From assembly GCF_009914755.1 (NCBI RefSeq), contig NC_060929.1: a DNA stretch of 64,000 bases; one strand, given 5' to 3'. The position numbers and the translations under genes were made by a program. The notes below the pieces were generated by a model that ran no database searches, was not told the DNA's origin, and saw nothing but the letters and a program-made list of their open reading frames with translations. Numbering within the stretch: position 1 is the stretch's first letter; each line of letters opens with the position of its first letter. The DNA comes from the human T2T-CHM13v2.0 reference genome, Homo sapiens. Of this stretch, positions 41,966 through 61,297 are shown one piece after another.

Positions 41966-44788
41966 TAACAATTCTAGATGAATCTCAGGAAAATCAAATC
42001 TTGTTTCTCTTGAATGGGATTTGGCCTTTCTCTCTGAACTAAGTGTGAATCCCTTAAAAAGAAAACATTTCTTACTATTTATAATTTCACACACCTTTGA
42101 ACATGGGTTATCCCCCTAAATGTTGGGCCTGATGGTATGATTGGAATACTTAAATGGATATTTAATTGAGTACAAGAGCTTGGGACTAGCTGTCAGGGAG
42201 AACCAAAATGCTCCATAACTGAGGAAGAACATTTGGAGCTTCCCTGGTGACTCAGGAGAAAGGGAGAGGACCAAGAATGAATGGGGAGGAGAGAAGGAAG
42301 GTGCAGAGTTGGAGGAAGTTTGCTTCTTTTCCAGGTTTTTGATCAGGCTGCCTAACTCGGCAGAACTTGTGCTCAATGAAGTGTTCGTGGGTCCCCAAGA
42401 AGCAACCCTTTCTGTACTGTTGGATGATTTGTCCAAGGGCAGCGATGGGGACCTAGGAGAAGGAGGCAGAGCTGGAAATTAGGGGAGGAATTTGTACTTT
42501 CCGAGGTCATGGAACTAGGGAAGGGGTGTGAAGGGATACAGGGTGTCTGAGGAGCAGAAAAGGCCAACTCTGAGCTTCCTACTCTGTGCCAGGAACTGAT
42601 CTGAGGACAGCCACCCAGATATGAAGTCCCATTCTAATGGAGCCTCCCTGCTGGGGGGACTAAGTTGGGTATATAACCCCATCAACTACTCTCCCATCCA
42701 CTTTGCTCTTTTGCATTGTATTTGACAAACTTTTTTTTTTTCAAGAAGGCATAGGTCCTTATTGTGTCAGCTGAGCAGAACTGTAGTGAGCTGGACTTTG
42801 GCCTTTAGGGCAGGAATTTGCTACCTCTGATGCTGACGGGGGCGTAACCAGGCATCTGAAAACCAGGGCATGCTCTGCTCTTGCCTCTCCTGCTTTGTCT
42901 TTCTCCAAACCTAGTGCTGGGCTGCACAGAAAGCCTGCAGTCACTGAGGTTCCCCCATGCACCTAATGTGTAATATCAGCCCACTGAGGTGAATAAAACT
43001 CACAAAAGTTTACGGTGTGTAAATCACGGTTATGTTCCACTCTGGGCCTCAGCGCAGAAAGGCCTGATTCCCTCTTAAGGGTTGTAAGTGGAAACAGCTT
43101 TTCTTCAGTGTCAGAAGAGTTCTAGGATTGTAGCAAACACATGAGAGGCAAGGCAGCCACAGCACCCTCTCTCTTGGGAATGGGCTTGAAAGCTCGGATG
43201 GGGGCTTCCCAGTGGCCCTAAGGGCTTCTCCAGGGATCCAGGACCACGGGACACCTACAGTGGTCAGCATGGCTGAACGATTGGGCAGTTCTACAATCAT
43301 GGGTAACAGAGGCCAAATCCAGGTCTTCCCATGGAAGCAGAGTTTTCCTACTTTCCACCACCTCCTGCCACACCCTTCCCCACCCATCTCAGTAACATCG
43401 TTCCTAACCTGACCTATTTTTTTCACACCATGTTTTCATATAATCAGGTCCCACTGCCAGGATGTCAGACCTTCCTGCTTCCACCTTCTCTGTTCTGCAA
43501 ATTCTTACCTATAGTTCTCAAAGTAGTGGCAATGGCCTCCCTCCACACACTGCTGCGGAGTTCCCACAGCCCTTGGTTCCTCCTGTAGTTTTGCCTTCAT
43601 CTATGATACTTATTGGTGACGCATCTCTCTCCCCTACAGGGGGTAAGCTCTAGAGATCAGATATTATGTTTTATTCATAATGATGACAGCTACGATTTAG
43701 GGGCTAGGTCAGGAGCCCCAGATATGTCATTGCGAGCCCTCGACACGGGAACTGCTCCCTTTCCTCCCATTTTACCATAAAGAAACTAAGGTTCAAAAGA
43801 GCTAAGTGCTTTGTCCAAGGTTCCATTTAGGAGGAAGCAGGGCCAGGAGTTGAGCCTGGACCTTCTGTCTTTGGAATTGAGGCGTTTCCCCCTTACTCTG
43901 TATTGTTTGCTGTGAATGGGCATCAACCAGGAGTTTGAAATGATTTTAGTGCCCCCAAGTTTGCCCTCTCCTCACCCTGGGAACCCTCGACCAAAGCACA
44001 TTTTGAAACCTGAAGGAGTCGAGGAACCTTTGAAAAGCTCTCAGACAGAGACCAGGTATTAAGTCCCCTTGGGAGGATTTTAAAAAGCTCCCAACCAAAA
44101 AGCAAATCTTACAAATCATTGAGAAAAAGGGAACATTTGCTCAGCATTTTCTTAAAAAGAACATTTTTTTTTCCAACGATTAAGTCCACACTACCATCTA
44201 AGTTTCAAATACTCTGACAAAAATTCTCTTTATTTACATCCATTGGAAAGTATTGTCATGATTCACTGTTCAATTCAAAAGGTACATCCCTTACACATAT
44301 TTACAACAGAGATTCCCAAAAGAAGTGTCAGACACATATTACTATCATCACCATGACTGTCAATAAAATCGCCACACTCTAATGCTTGTGCTAGTTTAAA
44401 GCTAGAATATAAAAGAAAATAGAATTTAAATGATAAAGAATTCTGATCACATGTTAGCCTTTGGGCTTACGTTTCATGTCTGAGAGCTTGCTGCCAACAC
44501 CAGCTATTTGAGTGTGATCACCTAACAAAGAATGTTTATCTTGCTCTGTCTCAAAACAGACAAAAATGCTATGGTTGATTGAGTCAGGTTTTGCTGAGCT
44601 GGAACATTAGTCCTGCATCTATAACATCAAGGAATGGTAGAGATTAATTCAACACGGGAGGCAGCTTTTACTCTTTCAACTATTACACAGCTATGGAAAA
44701 GACTGAGTAAGATCTTTACCTATTACCTGGAAGGAACATTCATGATCCATTGCTAGGTGTAAAAACTGAGTTGCAGGGCCATACATAA

Positions 44789-45099
<311 letters not shown>

Positions 45100-45849
45100 C
45101 AAGTGTGTCTATTTTTTAAAAACAGAATAAGACAAGAGCCCTATATCTATCTTTAGATATTTGTATAAACCTGGGAAAGTATGTGTAAGGGTCCCTACCA
45201 GCCAGATGCTTGGTGACATTGATGGTAGATTTATTAACTTTTTCTTTATATACTTAAGAAGATTACTTCGCTTGTTACAAAAAGCACATATTGCTTTTGT
45301 ACTAAAAACACTAATGAAATATAACTGAAGAAACCTGTCTTTGCCGTGCGTTTCAATGGAGTGTAACTTTTCTCTAGGTTCCTTCTCAAAAAATGCACCT
45401 GGCTTACTAACAAGAGTTGCACAGAAATGTGGGCTTCCCCCAGTCTGCTATTACTTTGTTTCTTCACTTGTTAGCTTCTGTATTGTCTGCCTTTCTGCAC
45501 CAGAGTTTCAGTCCCATGCGAGTGAAAACCTAGCTTGGTTTATAACAGAATTCATGGCATTTAAGAGGGTATCTGGCCAATGGCAGGAACTCAATACATT
45601 TATCTTTATCTATCTTTATTTTGCAGAAGTAAAGTGTCTTGCCCAGGGTCCCAACCACTTTTAATGACAAAGTAATAATGTGCTAATATAATCAACAAAT
45701 GCTTATTTAACATACACAGCAGACCCTGGGCTAGGCTCTTGGCATACAAGAAGAGGCAGGAATAAGAAGATAAATAGGGATTCTGCTCTTAGGGAGCAGG
45801 CCGTCAACTTATGGGGAGAGAATTGAACTAGCATAGTTCCTTGTTCCTG

Positions 45850-46569
<720 letters not shown>

Positions 46570-47574
46570 GTCGAAAGGGAGAACAATATTTAAATAGGCA
46601 AATAAATGAGCAAGATCGTATCAGAAATGACTCAGTTATATGCAGAAGAAGGAGGAGATGATACAGAGTGGCAAGGAATGGGGTGGGGGGCAAGGTATAG
46701 GAAGTATAGCTCTAGTGGCCAGAGAAGGTGTCTTGTAAGCTGAGACTTGAGTGATGGGAAGGTGGGATTCTGGGATAAACTGAAAATTCCCAGTAGAGAT
46801 ACTAGCTTCTTCGGAAGCCTTGAGATGTTCTAGAATAAAGGCTGTGTTCCCGGAATGCAGCAGACCGGGGGGAGATGTCATGAAGTCAAGCAAAGGCCAG
46901 AAGGTACGAGGCTTCACAGGCCACAAGAAGGAGTTTGGATTTTATTCTAGGAGCACTGGAAAGCCACAGACATTTGAAGCAGGGAGTAACTATCAATGAA
47001 TAATTTAAAAATAGCTGAAAATATGACTCATTCAAATACATGGTAAGAACATGCCAAAGATTTATTTCACTTACTAACAGGGAAAGCAGCAGGATGATAG
47101 AGCTGGTTCAAAGAGCACTTGAGGAACTGAGATGTATATGGTCCACTGGGTAAGGCATGCTGAAATAAATTTGCTAAGCTAGAGACATAACCATTTCATG
47201 TCCTGCAGGGCAATGACAGCCTCACTTTTGCAGTTATCTTTTCTATTTCAGATAAAAACGGTTTGCATTTGCATTGTGTAGACACTTATATGTTGCCCAG
47301 AATCTGAGCTCAACTTCTTCTGTCCAATTCTTCTTTCTCTTCTTTTATACACATGGTGACCCCAAGAGCACCCTGTAAGGAGCCTCATGGAGGTGCATCT
47401 CCATTTCAGGCAGGATCCCAGAGAACCCAACAGCATCATGCATATCTACAGCTCAGAAGTTTACAAGTTAATTTGCAACTTCACAGAGGTAAAGACTTAA
47501 TAATAGTAAATGGCAAATCAAACAAAGGTACATCTCCTGGAGAATTAATGTTTTGTTATCATTGTATTAAATAA

Positions 47575-48048
<474 letters not shown>

Positions 48049-48248
48049 TGATGGTAACAGCCCTCAAGGTTCTTTCCTTGCCAGAACTGCCACTTGTGCC
48101 ATTGGGCGGGGGGGTGGCAAGGAAGGACGCCAGCTAATTCTTCCACACCCCCAGGTGACTTCTTGACAGAACATGCAATACATATGAATGCAATTCAAAT
48201 TTAATCAATCCATTCTGTAGGATTACCTCTTCAGGTATGCAAAGATAA

Positions 48249-48573
<325 letters not shown>

Positions 48574-49241
48574 ATAGTTGCAGCATTGTTAATAATAGCA
48601 AAAAGTTGTATGCATTCTAAACATCTATCTAGAGGACAGTGGTTATAAAAATGGTAGTTTCTCTATTCTACAGAAACTTAAGTAGTTGTTAAAAACAGAA
48701 TGTAAAGCATTTGTTATCTGCGCTGATGAGGAAAGGTGCTCACATTAAATGAATAGAGAAGATTACAGACGGATTATGATTGTCATGCCATTTTACAAAA
48801 CCTCAAATCTAATCATAGTGTGTTTATATGACAGAAACATCTGGAAGGACACAGAGCAAAACATGATGTTTATTTCTGAGTAATGGAAGAAGACAGGAAT
48901 GTTCACTTTTAATTTATATAACTGTATTTTTAAAAAATTTCACAATGAGCACATATAACATTTTTTTAAAAATTGAGCTGAAATTCACATGACATAAAAT
49001 TCATGACTTTAACAATTTGAAAACATACAATTCAGTAGTTTTTAGTTCACAAATTTGTGCAAGTATCGTTACTATCTAATTATAGTACATGTTTTTTTCA
49101 ACCTAAAATGAAACCCCATACCAACGAGCAGTCACTTCTTATTTCCTTCTTTCCCTGGCCACCACTAATCTCCTTTCTATCTCTATGGTCTTGTCTATTC
49201 TGGACATTTCATATAAATGAAAACATATAAAATGTGGGCTT

Positions 49242-49541
49242 GGCTGGATGTGGTGGCTTGCGCCTGTAATCCCAACACTTTGGGAGGCCAAGGTGGGAGA
49301 ATTGCTTGAGCTCAGGAGTTAGAGACCAGCCTGGGCAACACATAGAGACCTTGTCTTTACTAAAAACCAAAATGATTAGCTGGGCATAGTGGAATGTGCC
49401 TGTAGTTCCAGTTACTCAGGAGGCTGAGGTGGGAGTATCACTTGAGCCTGGGAGAATGGGACTGTGGTGAGCTATGATTATGCCCCTGTGCTCCAGCTTG
49501 GGTGAGCCCCTGCACTCCAGCTTGGGTGACAGAGCAAGACC
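49242..49541 (+). mobile_element. Alu (AluJ-like)
   Basis: Forward Alu. 24-bp duplication at 49482-49529. TSD AATGTGG.CTT. Confidence 0.92.
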
Positions 49542-50446
49542 GAATGTGGCCTTTAGTGTCTGGCTTCTCTCACTTAGCATCATGGTTTTGAGGGTCTTCT
49601 ATGCTGGAGCATGTGTCAGTACTTCATTCCTTTTTTATGGCTGAATAATATTCCTTTGTGTGGATAGACCACATTTGCCTATCTGTTCATCAGTTGATGG
49701 ACATTTGAGTTGTTTCCACATTTTGGCTATTATGATTAAGGCTTCTATGAATATTTGTATACAATGTTAAAGACTTGTTTTGTTTGAACACCTGACGTCA
49801 GTGATCATGGGTACATAGTTGTTTAACTTTATGAGGAACCACCTTAGCTTTACCACAGCAGCTATGGCAAGTAAAAGTCCCATCAGTAATGAACAAGAGT
49901 CCTGATTTCTCCATGTTCTGACCAACTTTTGTTTTTTTTTATTCGACAAAATTGGAGGGTGGAGGGTGTGAAGTGATCTCTGGAGGGTATCATGTGATAT
50001 CTTATTGTTGTTTTGATTTTTGTTTCTTTAATGACCATTGATGTTGTACATTTTTTCACATGCTTGTTGGCCATTTGTATGTCTTCTTTGGAGAAATTTC
50101 TATTCAATGCTTTGCCCATTTTAAAATCATCTTGTCTTTTTGTTGTCGAGTTGCAAGAGTTCCTCATATATTCTGCATACCAGACTCCTATCAGATATAC
50201 TATCTGACGATATTTTCTCCCATTCTGTGGGCTATGCTGTCACTTTCTTGATAGTGTTCTTAATGCATGAAAATTCTTAATTTTGATGAAGTCCAATTTG
50301 CCTATTTTTTAAATTGTTTGTGCTTTTGGCATTATATCTAATAACTCATTGCCAAATCCAAGGCCAAGAAGATTTACCCTATATTTTCTTCCAAGAGTTT
50401 TACAGTTTTAGCTCTTCCACTTAGATCTTTGATTTATTGTGAGTTG

Positions 50447-50741
50447 ATTTTTTCTTTTTCTTTTTTGAGATGGAGTCTCACTCTGTCACCTAAGCTGGAG
50501 TGCAATGGCGTGATCTCGGCCCATTGAACCTCTGCCTCCCTGGTTCAAGCGATTCTCCTGCCTCAGCCCGAGTAGCTGGGATTACAGGCGTGCGCCACCA
50601 AGCCCGGCTAATTTTTGTATTTTTAGTAGAGACAGGGTTTCACCATATTGGCCAGGCTGGTCTCAAACTCCTGACCTCGTGATCCACCGGCCTCAGCCTC
50701 CAAAGTGCTGGGATTACAGGCATGACCCACTGCACCCAGCC
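50447..50741 (-). mobile_element. Alu
   Basis: TSD ATTGTGAGTTGATTTTT. Confidence 0.95.
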
Positions 50742-52230
50742 ATATTGTGAGTTGATTTTTGTACATGCTGTGAGTGGGTATGCAGCTGTCCCAGCACCAT
50801 CTTTTGAAAAGATAATTCTTTCTCCTTGTATGGTCTTGGGCCCCTTGTCAAAAGCCAATTGACCATAAAACTGAGGTTTCATTTTAGGGCTTTCAGTTCT
50901 ATTCTATTGACCTGTATGTGTGTCCTTATGCCAGTACCACATTAATGTTGCCTTGTGGAAAGTTCTGATATAGGGAAGTGCGAGTTTTCCTACATTCATC
51001 TTGCCTAAGATTGTTTTAGATAACCAAGGTCCCTTGCAATTCCATATGAATTTGAGAATTGACTTTTCCAATTTATGGCATAAAGGCCACAGGAATTTTG
51101 AAAGCAATTGCATTGAGTCTGTAGGTCACTTTGGGGAGTATTGGCGTCTTAAAAATATTGTCTTCCAATACAAGAACATGGGATGTCTTTGCATTTATTT
51201 AGGTCTCCTTTAAGAATTTCTTTGAGCAGTGTGCTGTAGTTTTAGGTATAGAACTCTTACACCTCCTTGGTTAATTTATTTCTAAATATTTTATTCTTTT
51301 AGATGCTATTGTAAATAAAATTGCTTTCTTAATTTCATTTTCAAATTGTCATTACTAGTGTACAGAAATACAACTGATTATTGTGCATTGATCCTTTATC
51401 CTGCAACTTTGCTAAATTCTTTGCTTATGAGATATGAAAGTTTCTTTTTATGTGTATTCTTTGGTATTTTCTACATATAAGATTGTAGCTTTAGTAAATA
51501 GAGATAGTTTTACTTCTTTTTGTCCAACCTGGATGCCTTTTATTTCTTTTCATTGCTAATTGCCATGACTTGAATTTCCAGTACTATGTCGAAGAGAAGT
51601 GGCAAGTGTGGACATCTATGTCTTGTTTCTGATCTTACGGGGGAAACTTTCAGTCTTACCATAAAGTATAATGTTATCTGTGGGTTTTTCATAGATACCC
51701 TTTATCAGGTTGAGGAAATACTCTTCCATTCCTAGCTTATTGACTGTTTTCATTACGAAAGGGTGTTGGACGTTGTTAAATGGTTTTTAATCAACCGAGT
51801 TGATCCTGTGTAGTTGTTTTCCTTCATTCTACTAATATGGTGTATTTTAGTGATTGACTGTCCTATGTTGAACCACTCCTGAGATAAGTCCCTACCTTGT
51901 CATAGTGTATAATGTTTAGTATGCTGCTGGGATTCAGTTTGCTAGAATTTTGTTGAGAATTTTTGCATCTCTCTCTCTCTAGTAACTTCCCTGCTTTTGT
52001 TGCTGATTTTCATAATTTGAGTGCTCTTTTTTTTTCTGTCTAGCTGAAGGTTTGCAAATTTTGTTTTGTGGTCTTTTCAGAGTACCAACTTTTGGGTTCA
52101 TTATTTTCCATTTTTATATTCTCTTTTATTTCTCTCTGCTGTAATCATTATTTTTCTTTTCTGCTTTATTTTTTTTTTCTTTTTCTAGCTCTTTAACATG
52201 GAAAGTTAGGCTACTAATTTGAAATCTTTC

Positions 52231-52624
<394 letters not shown>

Positions 52625-54037
52625 TCATTTTTATTATTCTTAAAGGAGTTCCTATTTTCCTTTGTGATTTACTTTTGGTCCGTTGGTTGTATAACAGTGT
52701 GTTGTTTAATTTCTACATATTTGTGAATTTACCATACAGATTTATTTCTGTTATTTATTTCTAATCTCATTTCATAGTGATCAGATAATATACTTCATAT
52801 GACTGCAAAATTTTAAATTTATTGAGACTTCTTTTGTGGCCTAAAGTAATTTATTCTGAAGAATATTCCCTGTGTATTTTAGAAGAATGTCTACTTAGCA
52901 GTTGTCGGAGGAAGTATTTATATATGTCTGTGAGGTCTAGTTGGTTTACAGTGTTTTTCAAGTCTTTTATTTCCTTGTTTATTTTTTCTGTTGTTCCATT
53001 CATTATTAGAAGTGGGGGTGTTGAAGTGTCCAACTATTATTGTTGAACTGTCTATTTCTCCCATTCAATTCTGTCGTGTTTACTGGATATATTTTGGAGA
53101 TTCTGTTTTTAAGTGTGTATATGTTTATAATTTTTATATATACTTGACAGATTGGCCTTTTTATTATTGTAATGTCCTTTTTGTCTCATAACGATTTTTG
53201 TCTCTGTCTGATACTAATATAGCCATTCTAGGTCTCTTTTACTTGTTTTCATAGAATACATTTTTCTGTCCTTTCACTTTAAACCTATTAGTGTCATTAG
53301 TATTAGAGTGTTTTATAGGAAGCAAATGTTGGATCATATTTTTTAAAAAGTCAATTCTTGCTAAGTTATGCAATCTATGCAGTCTCTAAGCTTGATTGGA
53401 AAATTTAATCCATTTACATTTAGAATAATTACTGATAGGAAGGTAGTTATTTTTTGCACTTTGCTATTTGCTTTCTACATGTCATATACTTTTTGTTTCT
53501 CAGTTACTCCACTGCTACCTTCATTTGTGTTAGATGGATATTTTCTAGTTTGTGATTTTGATTTCCTTCTTGTTTACTTCATGATGTATACTTTTAGTTA
53601 TTATCTTAGTGGTTACCTTGGAAATTACAGTTAACATCTTAATTTACTACAATATAGTTTGAATTAATACCAAATTATTTTCAGTAATATGCAAAACTTT
53701 GATTCTATATAGCTCTGACCCCTCCACCTTATGTTTGTTATTGTCACAAATTGCATGTATGTACATTATGGTCCCATCAATATAGATTTATAATGAGTGT
53801 TTTATGAAGTTTTCTTCTAAATCTTATAGAAAAATGAGTTACAAATAAAAATACATTAATATTAAATTTTATATTTATCTCCATAGTTACTTCTACCAAC
53901 TTTATTTGTGTGTTTATGCCCTTTCATATCAACATGAAGGACTCTTTTTATCATTACTAGTAGAGCAGTTCTACTAGTGACAATCAGTTTTTGTTTATAT
54001 GGGTTTATATGGAATTATCTTCACTTCTTTATTTTGA

Positions 54038-54402
<365 letters not shown>

Positions 54403-56765
54403 TAAAGAATAATTTTGCCAGTTATAAAATTTTTGTTTGACAAGACTTCTTTTGGGAGGGAGTTTGTTTGTTTGATTTTTCTTGAAACACTTTAAATATG
54501 TCATCCACTGTCTTCTGACTTCCACGGTTTCTGGTTAAAAACAAATCAGCTGCTAATCTTATCGAGGTTCCCTGTACATTATGATGAACCACTTCTCTTT
54601 TGCTGCATTCAGAATTTTCTGTTTGTTTTTGGCTTCAGTAGTTTGGTTAGAATGTGTCTCAGTGATATCTTTGAGTTTATACTTCTTGGGAAGCTTCGAG
54701 CTTCCTGGATGTGTAGATTCATGTCTTTCATAAATTTTGGTGAAGTTTTGGCCATTATTTCTTTAACTGTTCTTTCTTTCCCTTTATCTTTCTTCTTTTG
54801 TTCTGGGATTCCTGTTGTACATACATTGCTATGCTTGTTCCACAGGCTTCCAAAACACTGTTCATTTTTCTTTTTTACTTTTTTCTCTTTGCTCCTCCAA
54901 CTGGATAATCTCAATTAACCTATCTTAGGGTTTGCTGATTCTTTCTTCTGACTACTCAAATCTGCTATTGAATTCTTCAAAGTGAATTTATCATTTGAGT
55001 AAGTGTCCTTTTCAACTCAAGAATTTCTATTTGGTTCCTTTTATAATTTGTATATCATTATTAATATGATCTGTCTGATGAGACATCATTATCATGGTTT
55101 CCTGCAGTTCTTTGTACTTAATTTGAGCATATTTAAAAGAATTAACTTAAAGTCCTTGTCTAGGTAGCTCCACTATCTCTACTTCCACCAGGCAGTTTCT
55201 ATTAATTTCCTTTTTTTTTCCTTTGCCTGGGCCATACTTTCTTGTTTCTTTGCATCTTTTATAACTTTTTGTTGAACACTTGACATTTTGAATACTTTAA
55301 TATGGCAACTCTGGAAATCAGAGTATCCATTTTCCTGAGGGCTTCTTGTTTCTGCTTGTTGTTGCTGTCTGTTTGTTTAGCAAATTTTCTGATTTAATTT
55401 TGTAAAGTCTTTTTTGTGTGTGGCCACTGAAGTCTCTGTTCCATTAACTTAGTGGTCAGCTAATGATTCAACAGAGATTTCTTTAAATGTCCAGAACAAA
55501 AAATCCAGAATTCTCAGTATTCACTGATAGGGTGTGTGTGTGTGTGTGTGTTTTGGTGCATGCTTTTTTTAACACTTAGCAAGGCAGTTTGCAACTCTAC
55601 CTTAGCTTTCATTTCTTGTTTGTGAAGAGTCTGAAAGCCAGTCAATGGTGAGAGCTCAGAGCCTTCTCTGGTCTTTTCTATGCATCCAGCTCTGGGCATA
55701 CATATGACTGGGAAAAGAAGTTATCTGAGGAATAAGGACTTTGAAACACTCCTACGTATTGCTTGTAGGTCCCAACCAGGATATTGACATCAATTCAGTC
55801 AAGATATAGATCAGTTCCATCATTACAAGGATCCCTTGTGTTGCCCTTTTATAGCCATGCCTGTCTCCTCCAAAATCCTTCAGCCCAACCCTAGGTAACC
55901 ACCAATCTGTTCTCTATGTCTGCAATTTTGTCATTCCAAGAGTGTTATAAAAATGGAATCATGTGGTGTGTGGCCACTTGGGATTGGCTGGCTTCACTTA
56001 GCATGATTTCCTGGAGATTCATCTAAGTTGTGTGTATCAACAATTTGTTCCTTTTTATTGATAAGGAGAATTTCAGCATATATAACTTTCATAGTTAAAA
56101 CATGCAGGAAAACTTTATTTTCTTAAAACCACCTAAGTTCACCTTTATAATGTTTTAGAAGCTTGACCACTAGCTAAGGGTTATGGTAACACACAGTTAA
56201 GGGATAATGCCTGTCCTTAGGTTGCTTATGGACTAGAGGTAGAGACAGACACATGAAAAAATAGCTACAAGGCTACAAGGTGATAAGTCCCTTAGTTCTT
56301 AGATAAACAATGTTCTTTGGAGACCCAGAGGAAGAAGACATAGTTTACTGGGGTGAGGGAGGTAGACAAAGACCAAGGAATAGTAGTATTTTCCAAGTGG
56401 ACAGTGATTTCCAAAATAAAAAAGACCATGTTTGCCAAGGCAGTTTGAAGTGATGACTGAAGGGCCAGTGCTGGGGTACCCTTAGGACATTTAAAAACCT
56501 TTGTTCCACTTTATATTATATTAATGTGTAATCTTGGGCAACTTACTAAACAATGTTAAGCCTCAATTCCTTCTGCATGTATAAAATGAGGATGATGGTT
56601 TTACATGCATCCCAGGATTAAACAAGATGGGAGGATTACATATATATGAGAGGCCTAGCACATAGTATGCACTTCATAAAAGTGATCTGCAATTATTATC
56701 ATTATTACTTTTAGTTTATCATTGCCCCACCATCTACTATTCTGGCCTCTTGACTTCTTTCTTAG

Positions 56766-57276
<511 letters not shown>

Positions 57277-57302
57277 CCTCACATCTCTTCTTATAAGAGC
57301 AC

Positions 57303-57657
57303 TGTCTTAGTTCATTTTGTCCTGCTATGGCAGATACCAGAGACTGGGTAATTTATAAGGAACTGAGATTTATTTCTAACAGTTCTGGAGGCTGGAAAGT
57401 CCAAGAGTAAGGGGCTGCCTCTGGTGGGTGATTTCTTGCGGTGTCATCCCATGACAGAAAGCAGAAGGGCCAGAGAGTACTCACACGTGAGAGAGCAGAA
57501 GGGGTCACATTCATCCTTTCTTTAGGAACTCACTCCTGAGATAACAGCATTAATACATTTATGAGGACAGAGCCCTCCTGATCTAATCACCTCTAAAAGG
57601 TTCCACCTCTTAAAGTTTCCAACACATAAACTTTGGGGGAAGTTTTAAACCATAGCA
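57303..57657 (-). mobile_element. MST-like solo LTR
   Basis: TGTCTTAGTTCATTTTG ... AAACCATAGCA with TG...CA ends. Confidence 0.85.
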
Positions 57658-58139
57658 GGCGTGAATCCCATTTATGAGGATTTCGCCCTTATTAGGGTCC
57701 CCTTTCCTAATACTATCACATTGGGGGCTGGGATTTCAACATGTGAATTTGCAGGAAGGATGCAAACATGCAGTCCAAAACAACTTCCTTGTATCAGGAA
57801 TCTTGAAGAGTTATCAAGACTTCTTGCCTGAAATTTCTCCAAGGTTCAATGTTTAAGGTCACATTTTTCTGCCATAACCATCCCACAGTGGAGTTTTGCT
57901 TGGTCTTACAATTCTTGTTTCTCTTGGTGAGTTGCACAAGTGGATTCAGGCATCAGAGGATGACCCTGAAGAAATAAATGCCTGTGATGGAGTGGCTCCT
58001 AATAAGGGATGCCATCTGTGGTTGACATGAGAGGGCTTGTCTCACAGCTTTGTGTTGTGTGTTGTCAGGAAGCCTGTCCAGCATCTACACACACTGGGTG
58101 TTTACCGGACCTCTCTGGATCTGCGCTACCTAACTGCTA

Positions 58140-58499
<360 letters not shown>

Positions 58500-58622
58500 A
58501 AGTCAAGGGCAAAGCCAAGGCCACACCAACTGTCTGGTGCCGTGAAAACAGGAACCCGGATTTCTAGTGTCCACGGTCTTCCTGGCTCACAGTCATTTCT
58601 GTCTGAGCGCATTGGCTAAGAA

Positions 58623-58937
58623 CAGGGCTGGGGAAACTACTGTCGTGGGGCTCACTGGACCTACCACCAGCTTTTGTATGGTCCGTAAAAGCCAAGAACG
58701 GGGTTTACATTTTTAAACTGTTGGAAAAAAAATCAAAACAAGAATAATTTTTCCTAATACCAAAAATTGATATGAAATTGTAATTTTAGTTTCCATATAA
58801 AGTTTTACTGCTGGGCTCACTCGTTTTCACAATACTGACAGCCACTTTTGTGCTATGACAGCAGAGACAGAGACTGGCATGCAAAGCCTAAAATATTTAC
58901 TACTGGGCTCTTTGCAGAAAAAGTTTGTTAAGCTCTG
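58623..58937 (+). mobile_element. MER58B-like hAT element
   Basis: CAGGG..GG.AAACTAC start, GCAAAGCCTAAAATATTTACTA and AGAAAAAGTTTG end. Confidence 0.85.
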
Positions 58938-59148
58938 GTTTACAGCATGGGCCCTGGAGCCAGACTGACCTAGGTTTGAGTGCTGTCTAGCTACACCTTG
59001 GGCGAGTGACTTACCTCACTGAGCCTCACCATCCTTGTGTGTATAGGAGGAATGAGAATGGCATGAGTCTCCTAGGGCTGTCGTGAGGATTAAGGAAGAT
59101 AGTACAGTGCTGGAACCTAATCAGGACCTGGTAAGTTGTCATTACTAG

Positions 59149-59481
<333 letters not shown>

Positions 59482-59609
59482 TAACTGTGTGATAGGTACC
59501 ACGGACACACACAAGAATGAAACGCCATCTGTACCCTTGAGTTGCCCACAGTCTTGGGAAGGAGGCAACAAAAATGTAAGACAGTTATAACACAGTCTGT
59601 TAAATGTCA

Positions 59610-59942
<333 letters not shown>

Positions 59943-60117
59943 CTAACTGCAGGAAGAGATGGATGGATGCATTAAAGATGACAAAGGGGCAGGAGGGAAG
60001 CCTGGAGTGATGAGTTCGGGTAAATATTGAATATTCTTGAAGAACAATTTCTATATTCTAGGCACTGGCTAAATGCTTTCCATGAATCTTTCTTATAATT
60101 TAGTCCTTATAATAATC

Positions 60118-60341
60118 CATTGATTCTCAGCCGGGGGGAGAAGAAAGGAGGTTTGATCCCCAGGGAATATTTGGCAATGTCTGGAAACATTTTTGGTTGT
60201 CATGCTGGGAGTGGGGCTGCTGCTGGCATCCAGTGGGTGGAGCCCAGTGATGCTGCTAACACCCCGCAATGCACAGGACAGCCCCCACCACAAACAGCTG
60301 TCCTGTCCAAAATGTCAATAGTTCTGGGGTTGAGAAGCTTA
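60118..60341 (+). mobile_element. MER20
   Basis: ATTTGGCAATGTCTGGA.ACATTTTTGGTTGTCA and CCAAAATGTCAATAGT..GGTTGAGAA. Confidence 0.9.
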
Positions 60342-60794
60342 GTAATAACCCTGAGGAACGCTTCCTGTCTACGGTTTACTGAGATTTAGAGTCTAACTTG
60401 CTTCCCCCTAGGCCCCAGAGCTTAGCAGCCATGCCACAGACACTATTCTCACAGCTTCCTTTGGCCAGCCACGGAGGAGCTCTGAATGGCTTCAGTGGGG
60501 AAGTAACAGGGACAGATTTCTGCTTTACAAAAGATTATTTTGGCATCTCAAGTGGAGGAAGTACTAGAGGCCTGAGCTGGAGGGTGGGACCTGGAAGCAG
60601 GTTAGAGAGTAAGATGGGGTGGGGTGGGCCTGGGGGCGGGGGTCTATTGCCAAAGGGCAGCGTCTATTGCCACCCTCAGATTGAGAAGAGCAGGGATGCT
60701 TGTTAAAGTAGACACCCCTCCTTCTCCAGCCCTACAGAATCAGCATTTCTCAGGATGAAACAGCACTTGTGTTTTAGTGAGTGACCCACATTGA

Positions 60795-60925
60795 TTTTTT
60801 AAAAAACTTTTATTTAAGGTTCAGGGGCACGTGTGCAGGTTTGTTATATAGGTAAGTTGCATGTCATGAGGGTTTGATGTACAGATTATTTTGTCATGCA
60901 GGTAATTAGCATAGTACCCAATAGG
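60795..60925 (-). mobile_element. Short L1PA (old) 3' end
   Basis: GGTTCAGGGG.AC.TGTGCAGGTTTGTTA.ATAGGTAA...ATAGTACCCAATAGG. Confidence 0.85.
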
Positions 60926-60970
60926 TGCCATCAGTTAAAACTGGTAGATACTGTAGTATCTACTGGGTAG

Positions 60971-61291
<321 letters not shown>

Positions 61292-61297
61292 GAGACC